Source of the DNA: Octopus bimaculoides | Lineage: Eukaryota | Direction: 5' to 3' | Assembly (NCBI RefSeq): GCF_001194135.2 | Contig: NC_068981.1 | Span: 40,688,075 to 40,744,115, forward strand | Length of the DNA stretch: 56,041 bases | In this document: piece by piece, positions 49,608 to 56,041 of the stretch | How the letters are laid out: each line of letters begins with the position of its first letter | Numbering within the stretch: the stretch's first letter is position 1 | Position numbers and translations under genes: made by a program | The notes under the pieces: model-generated | What the model saw: the letters and a program-made list of their open reading frames with translations, nothing else | What the model was told of the DNA's origin: nothing | The model's database searches: none

Positions 49608-50660
49608 CAGGATGAAACATACTTTTGCGTTTTTACATAGAATGAAACAGATCCATTAAACTACTACGGAGAAATTTTAATAAAAAACTCAATGTTAGAA
49701 CTATATAACAGAATGTCAATGATAGAACAGTTCTTAAAATTCATCTCGCATAACTTTAGCCCAAAATTGATGAACACTACAGTAATTCGCTCTTTACGCT
49801 TCTTGTCAACTCTCACTCGTATGCAGCTCAGCACTGGTGACACAATAGCAACTGACAGCTACTTACTCGGATAGCCGATATCCTATCCATTCAGTCACTT
49901 TCACACTCGGTCAGCTATATAAAGACGAACAGTATACATATCAAGCAAAAGATAGGCCGAGGTAAAGAAATAGTGGCGTGATGGGATGGAATAGGCTTCT
50001 TAAGTGCTATGAGCGAGTTAGCAGGTGCAACATGTTGGTGAATTATTTTTGCCAATCGCCTTTGATAATTATCTTTTTTTAATGCAGTTTAGAATGTTAG
50101 TGTGCACAGAGCACAATTAAAGTGCCCTTAGTTTTCATGCACCCATTGGAGGATGTCTTTTATGTTTCTGTCGATGAAAGAAATGCGAGATCCAAAGACA
50201 GTGAAAGATGGTTTTATCTGTACAAGAATGTGTCATTAGATGTAGCAGTAACTAATTTATAAAGGTGTTAAAGGCAAAACCAAACCCTGAAGTACACCAG
50301 AGGAGATAGAACGTGAGTGCAAATAAACCCACCAGTGCACGTTGTAGGTATAAGACCGAGAGAAAAAGTTCCTACCTAAAAAGTAGGAGATGGATGCAGT
50401 TTAAAGCCAAAATGTTCGAAGGTTTTGCAGAAATCCAACGCAATAACATTTCTTTCATTGAGAGACTATTGTATATTGTATGAGATAACAAGTCGACAGC
50501 ATTTGACAGAATCAGAGAGGTTATCCAGATTCAGAATGATGAATATTCTTGCATCTTTGCATAGAATGAAATAGAACATGAGACTACCATGGAGAAAGTT
50601 GCAATAAAACTCACTTCTAGAACTATGTAACACGATGTCAGTGGTAGGGACAGTGGTAGG
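49608..50660 (+). repeat. Diverged ~130-bp direct repeats (49608-49735 and 50533-50660)
   Basis: catagaatgaaa..actac..ggagaaa..taaaa..tagaactat..aaca.atgtca occurs twice. Confidence 0.7.
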
Positions 50661-53607
50661 GACAGTAGTAGGGCTTTCTCTAGCCTCATTTAGGTAAGCT
50701 TCTGCAGAAACTCTTCTTTTTGCTTTTTACTTATCTCTCATTTAAACTAAAATAGACACCACAATGCAGATTTTCTTTCTTTCTTTCCGCTCAATGGCGT
50801 AAGATTTCCAGACAAACGATTTTGACATGAAGAGATGAAAAACAGTTACATCTAGACAGACAGATACGCAAACGAGCTCTTATGTTGATTTTGTTACAGA
50901 AGCAACTCCGCATCCACTGTTGGGATGAATTCTCACCTAATGTCTCTTTTTAGTATTCAAATTTCCTTGAATTTGTATGTCATTCTTATCTATGAGTCAA
51001 CGAACGCTGAGCGTATGACAAACAAAAGGTAAAGTTACTTTTTACATAGACTCCAGTACGGGATGTCTAAAATCTCGGCAATCTAATCCTACGGTTAGAA
51101 GAGAATAACTGTAGTTCTGTTGAGTGCTCACTGAGTTAAGATGATGAACCAAAATGTCTTTTTTCCTGCTTTCTCTCTGCAATGAGTTTAATTTCACTAT
51201 TATTTATGCCATTTCCAATAAAAATATGAACACAAAACATTCGAAAATATCCAAGACTCATTCTGTTAATGCAGGGACCACCGAGGGGCGAGGCGCACAC
51301 GCACACATAAACAAGCTGAACAAATGCTGATCGGTAAAGTACAAGAACCAGACATCGTGAATCCAGTAAGTGCACGAAAGAGAATTATATGGCTTTATAT
51401 CATGCGTGGGAATATGAACTTCAGTTTGCGCCAAATCCAAAAATAAGTCCAGGTATGACCTATATATGGTGTTTGATAATATGACCAAATCTATTATTTT
51501 TGTTTTTTGAGTGTATTTTAGAAAGCAATCTCTACAGTGGGCAAGGTGCATAAAATGATTTAGATGCCTATTATACCTACAATAAAACTATGCAACAATG
51601 TACCCTTGTGTCCGTGTTTATTCTTTGTGGATGATTGTATACTTATAGTCTATGCTTTAGTGTCATCTTCGTTTCTGCAAGTTGAGTTTTTGATCTCACA
51701 CTCCTCATTTGGAAAACGTATTACTTCTCCCTGTCATTATACAACTTTATTTCCCAGTTGTGTCTATTGATGACTAACCATCTAAAATAGAAACCTTGAA
51801 ACAATAGTGCACTCGACATACGCGAAAATGAATATAAAATTACTGTTATGTGAGAGAAGTATGCTTAGTAAAAACAAAAGTTCATAAATCTACGCTTATT
51901 TCACAGTAAAATTGACTATCTATTTCTGTCCTCGGGTTGCTTGTTTAATGCGCACAGATAATAATTATTAATTCATACAGTGACAGCTGTATTATCTTGT
52001 AGGAAATTCTTGTATTTAATGTTAATTCCTTCACATTATACATGAAGATATTCTTTGTATTATACATACGTGATATTTTGGTTATATGTGGAATGCGAAA
52101 GATTTTTACTCAACTTTAGTTGCAAGTTAAAGACAACAAAAGTTGAAAGTGGAAGACGTCTGATAATACATAAAAAAAACTATGAGTTAGCAGAATGGAA
52201 GCAACATCTAATATGCAATGTTATATCAATTCACACAGTTTTGGCAACTTATGGACAAATTGAGCAGTTGATATACTTTCTTCTAATTTGCAATAAGGTA
52301 AATATTCCAACAGCAAGGTGGGTCCAGATCTGGTGTCGGTGAACAATATTGAAATATATGCAATCTTAAGCTGACAACATAAACTAAATTTTTTCGCATT
52401 CATATTCTTTACCATTAGTGACGTAGCTAATAGGGGAGCAGTTGCTCCCCACGAGGACATTTTTCAAAACTGGCGACTTTTCAACAATCCTTTTTTAACT
52501 CTTTAGTTCACTTGTGCGATAAAAGTCGAATTTTTTTGTTGATTGCATTACCTTGGAGAACCTTTCCGAAGTCATTGCTTTATTTAACCAATCTCCCATG
52601 TCTTTGAGCTGTCTGCTCAATCTCCTGTGATGTATTGGTGGTTACTGACATCTGAAGACTCAAAACAAACCCTATAACGTCATAACTGCTGGACACTGGA
52701 CAATCCTGTGGAGTTTCATATTTTCATATCACACCTATATCAGTAGTTGTAAGTTTCATACATAATGACATTGTTATGGACACATGAAGTTAACGAATGC
52801 AGGATACAATTACGTATAAACATTATCGATGTATGTTTTGTCGGTTTACCAGAGTCGCTGCGACATGTCGCTTGGAGAGAAAACAAAAAAACAAACATTG
52901 AGAATGTGCGATCGATAATGTTTACGCCACTACCGCTGCTTTTAATTTGTTATCGAATTTAATCTTATATGTACATCACCATAGCAAACACCAGCAAATA
53001 GTTTTAACATTATTTATATATAGTCATAGACTGGCGATTCGATTTCATTCCCGGTTCGATCCAGTTACGTGATGTTAAGCCATAAAAATAGCGAAATATC
53101 GATAACCATTACTCCCGAATTCGGTCCGTGGCGTGTTATCTCACGTCTAAAACTTTCCGGCGAACAAACAAAACACATGCATTGAGTACGAGCGATCGAT
53201 TATGATTACACCACCAGCGCTGCTTTTAATTCGTTACAATTACGTATATTACAACTAATAGAAAATTTTGCGTAACATAAGAGAAATGGGCAAAAAATTG
53301 TCTGGTATGTGTCACGGGACCTTTCTTTTATGTGCTGTCTTTTCTTAACTTTAGAACTTGATGCGCCTCTGTTTACTGACTGTCTAGAGCTAAACCTTTT
53401 CTTCTCGTCCAGGAAAAAATCTGCTACACTATGACGATGCTACTTTCATTCATTGTCTGCTTCAACAATTGCCTCATTAACACACTTAACTTCGCAACAA
53501 AACTTCATGCCTCCCACAAATCTATTCGCTGACGATATCATTCAAATTGTCGGATTTTTAGCAAGGATTAATATAAAGTTCTCTGAGGTCACCAGTGTGG
53601 CAGTTTG

Positions 53608-54582
53608 GGATCTTTTTGGTTTGACGGGCAACATTTATTTTCTTAACGAAACACTTTCAGACTTGGGATATTGGTAGAATGTGTCATATAAAACATCTTT
53701 TTCTCTTAGCCTGCTTAACAAAAATTAGTTCTTAATAAGTTATTTCATGTTAAAGTTGTCGTATTTCTGTAATTTCAACCAATCACTGACGTCTATTCAG
53801 CTGAATACAGTTAGTGCTCTTTTTACAAACAATAATTTTTACTGGTGTCAAGAGTGTTATTCCTTGTTTAATTATATCATTATTCCCTAGTAAGGGTTTA
53901 GGGTTTTAGGGTTAGGGTTCGGGCTTTAGAGTTAGGGTTAGGGTTTTAGGGTTAGGGTTGGGGTTAGGGTTATGGTTATGAGTTTTAGGGTTAGGGTTAG
54001 GGTTATGAGTGAGGTTATGGCAAAAATAATCATAACCCTAACCGTAATCCTNNNNNNNNNNNNNNNNNNNNNNNNNNNNNNNNNNNNNNNNNNNNNNNNN
54101 NNNNNNNNNNNNNNNNNNNNNNNNNNNNNNNNNNNNNNNNNNNNNNNNNNNNNNNNNNNNNNNNNNNNAGGATTACGGTTAGGGTTATGATTATTTTTGC
54201 CATAACCTCACTCATAACCCTAACCCTAACCCTAAAACCCTAAAGCTAAAACCAGTACAAACGCACGAACGATGTCATAAATAAGAGTAACACGGGTAGT
54301 TGTTGACAAACAACGGCACTAATTTTATTCAAGGGAAAAGATCCTATGACACCGTTGTTTACATTCCACGCCATTAATTGTTTTCACCTCAATAGACGTC
54401 AGTGATTGGTTGAAATTAACGAAATACGACAACTTTTTACATGAAATAACTTCGAATACAAAATTTTTTATCTGTTCTATAATACAAAATATACAAGTAT
54501 ACGAAGTTTGAAAGTGTTTCGGTACCAAAAACACTACATAAAACATTAATGAAAAATGTTGCCCGTCAAACCAAAAAGATCC
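53608..54582. mobile_element. Non-autonomous foldback DNA transposon with Merlin-type signature
   Basis: Perfect 29-bp TIR GGATCTTTTTGGTTTGACGGGCAACATTT (53608-53636 / 54554-54582); 8-bp TSD GCAGTTTG (53600-53607 / 54583-54590); inner inverted arms ~53738-53810 / 54378-54450. Confidence 0.88.
53893..54250. repeat. Interstitial telomere-like repeats, (TTAGGG)n then (CCCTAA)n, around a gap
   Basis: Degenerate TTAGGG/TTTTAGGG on the left, CCCTAA on the right; 53982-54051 is the exact reverse complement of 54169-54238. Confidence 0.9.
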
Positions 54583-54838
54583 GCAGTTTGTTGATACCAG
54601 GTTGACTCCATTGTTGTTGGTTGAAGATGACGATGTCGGCGACAGTAGTTGTTGATAGCAGTGTGTGACAGACAAACGTCGGCAACTGTGATCGTGTGTT
54701 CCATAGATGTGTGGTGATGTACAATAACAACTCGACTTGTTCGATCGTAAAGTTTTATTCACAGCAGTGGGTTAACTTGTATAGAGTTCTATATACAGGT
54801 GTGTAGTGTTTAATAGAGATGTCTCTGGTGTGTTAACA
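54583..54838 (-). mobile_element. Possible Gypsy LTR interrupted near its 3' end by the Merlin-type element
   Basis: Minus starts TGTTAACA and has AATAAA; after removing the insertion it reads ..CTGCCACA-c-TGGTGACCTC (PBS-like, 53585-53594). Confidence 0.4.
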
Positions 54839-56041
54839 GTAAATGAATGAATGCATGAAGACCTTAGTTGTGCTTTGTGTATATAGAAAGAGACTTGATA
54901 GAAGTGTTTCTAGTAAGCATGAGATAACGACATTGAGTTTGGTCTATACTGCTAGCGCACATGGAAGAAAAATGTTCTTGTGTGAGAGAGGACAGCGTTA
55001 CCGCGAGAGACCAAAACTGCATGCCGGGAGTCCTTTAGAAGCGAGACAAGGAACTCAAAGAACTCAAAGGAACTCGATTGAACATGATGGCAGCTATGTT
55101 ACATAAGTGACAATCGGACGTAGCAGAGAGCTTTTGCATTCTTTCCGAGACGAAAGACAAGAGCTGTGCCTATGATCTTTGCAGGCTACTTTAAACTGGT
55201 AAGATTGACAAAGTTGATCTTGAATAACATCATGTTGATGGCTGCAGGAGAAAAAACATGGGCAAGGGAATTTCATAAGGCTGACAATCTAGTAAGAAAG
55301 GATTTAATGCTTAGTTTGCAGGTGAAATACAACCTACGTGAGCTTCGAACCTCGCGTCGGCAGATGCTGTAACGTGGTTTGTAACCAATATAGTAGTGCC
55401 ACCACTATTGGGTAATGGCCTACGATACACAGTACCAGTGTGATACAATAACAAAGTAATGCAGCAGCAATAAGAACGTAGCAATCCAACAATCTCTCAC
55501 GAACCAACAATAAATATTCCAAACGAACAAACCAAACTTCTACAAACCATACACACTCTCTCGGTTCAGTCCATTCCTCACAAGAAGATATCTTGACCCT
55601 CATTACAACACTGAAATTGTAAGAGGTGACTTGTGGTTTACTAACTCTGGTCTCGAAATAGTATCCTGTTCCGCCGACATATTTTCATTTATCTATTCTT
55701 ATGGTTCTGTTACTGCTGTCGTTGCTGTTGTTAAAGTTGGAAACCACCTCTGCCTGGTTCGATTAAGTTGGGATTATTAAGCTAATCAAGTTCTTTATTT
55801 CAAACCAAACTAAGTAACATCGACGTCAAATTTGGGCAGAAACAGTGTCGCGACGGGAGCGCATGGGTTGGGAGTTTGATCGGCAGAGGTGATCAGGTTA
55901 CACATGCCAGCCCTTTGAAAACACCACCGCCATCATCTAACCCCTCTTTGCCCATAGGTTGGGAACCCTTCCAGCAAGGAAAATAGAATGACCAAAAGGG
56001 CTCCCGATTCTCTCTATCAGAAGCGGTTATGTTCAGATCAC

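Noticed and set aside
53893-54250. Ancestral chromosome end-to-end fusion site
   Set aside because: The array is short and enclosed by TIRs and a perfect 8-bp TSD, so it is better explained as transposon cargo.
55180-55345. Two micro-exons with strong splice signals
   Set aside because: Only 14-16 nt, inside LTR-like sequence, and no linkable reading frame.
55097-55610. Solo LTR(s) (TGTTACA or TGTAAC .. ACAACA)
   Set aside because: LTR-like composition and AATAAA, but no matching TSD, PBS or PPT for any boundary I tried.

Overview
AT-rich eukaryotic genomic DNA with eight N-gaps. The SINE types and the (TAA)n/(CA)n/(ATAC)n microsatellite load suggest a cephalopod such as Octopus (inference, not verified). 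I recognise no intact host gene, RNA gene, CRISPR array or prokaryotic system. The window is a transposon graveyard. Retroelements: (TAA)n-associated R4/Dong-type RLE LINEs (a nearly all minus-strand nest at 14.3-26.2 kb), RTE, CR1-like and Tx1/L1-like LINE pieces, a Gypsy pol relic and tRNA-derived SINEs. DNA elements: Helitrons, Tc1/mariner (including a DD37D transposase), a Chapaev3-like end and a Merlin/IS1595 transposase relic. The most unusual structures are: (1) a ~975-bp Merlin-signature foldback element (29-bp perfect GG-TIRs, 8-bp TSD) carrying head-to-head TTAGGG/CCCTAA repeats; (2) a Tx1/L1-like element keeping ORF1 but almost none of ORF2 (HAL1-like); (3) two LINE copies with twin-priming-type 5' inversions, one of them an RLE element; (4) a mariner foldback built from two 3' ends around a LINE fragment. 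A few weak splice-signal-based exon candidates are listed at low confidence. Family names come from motif recognition by eye; no database search was run.
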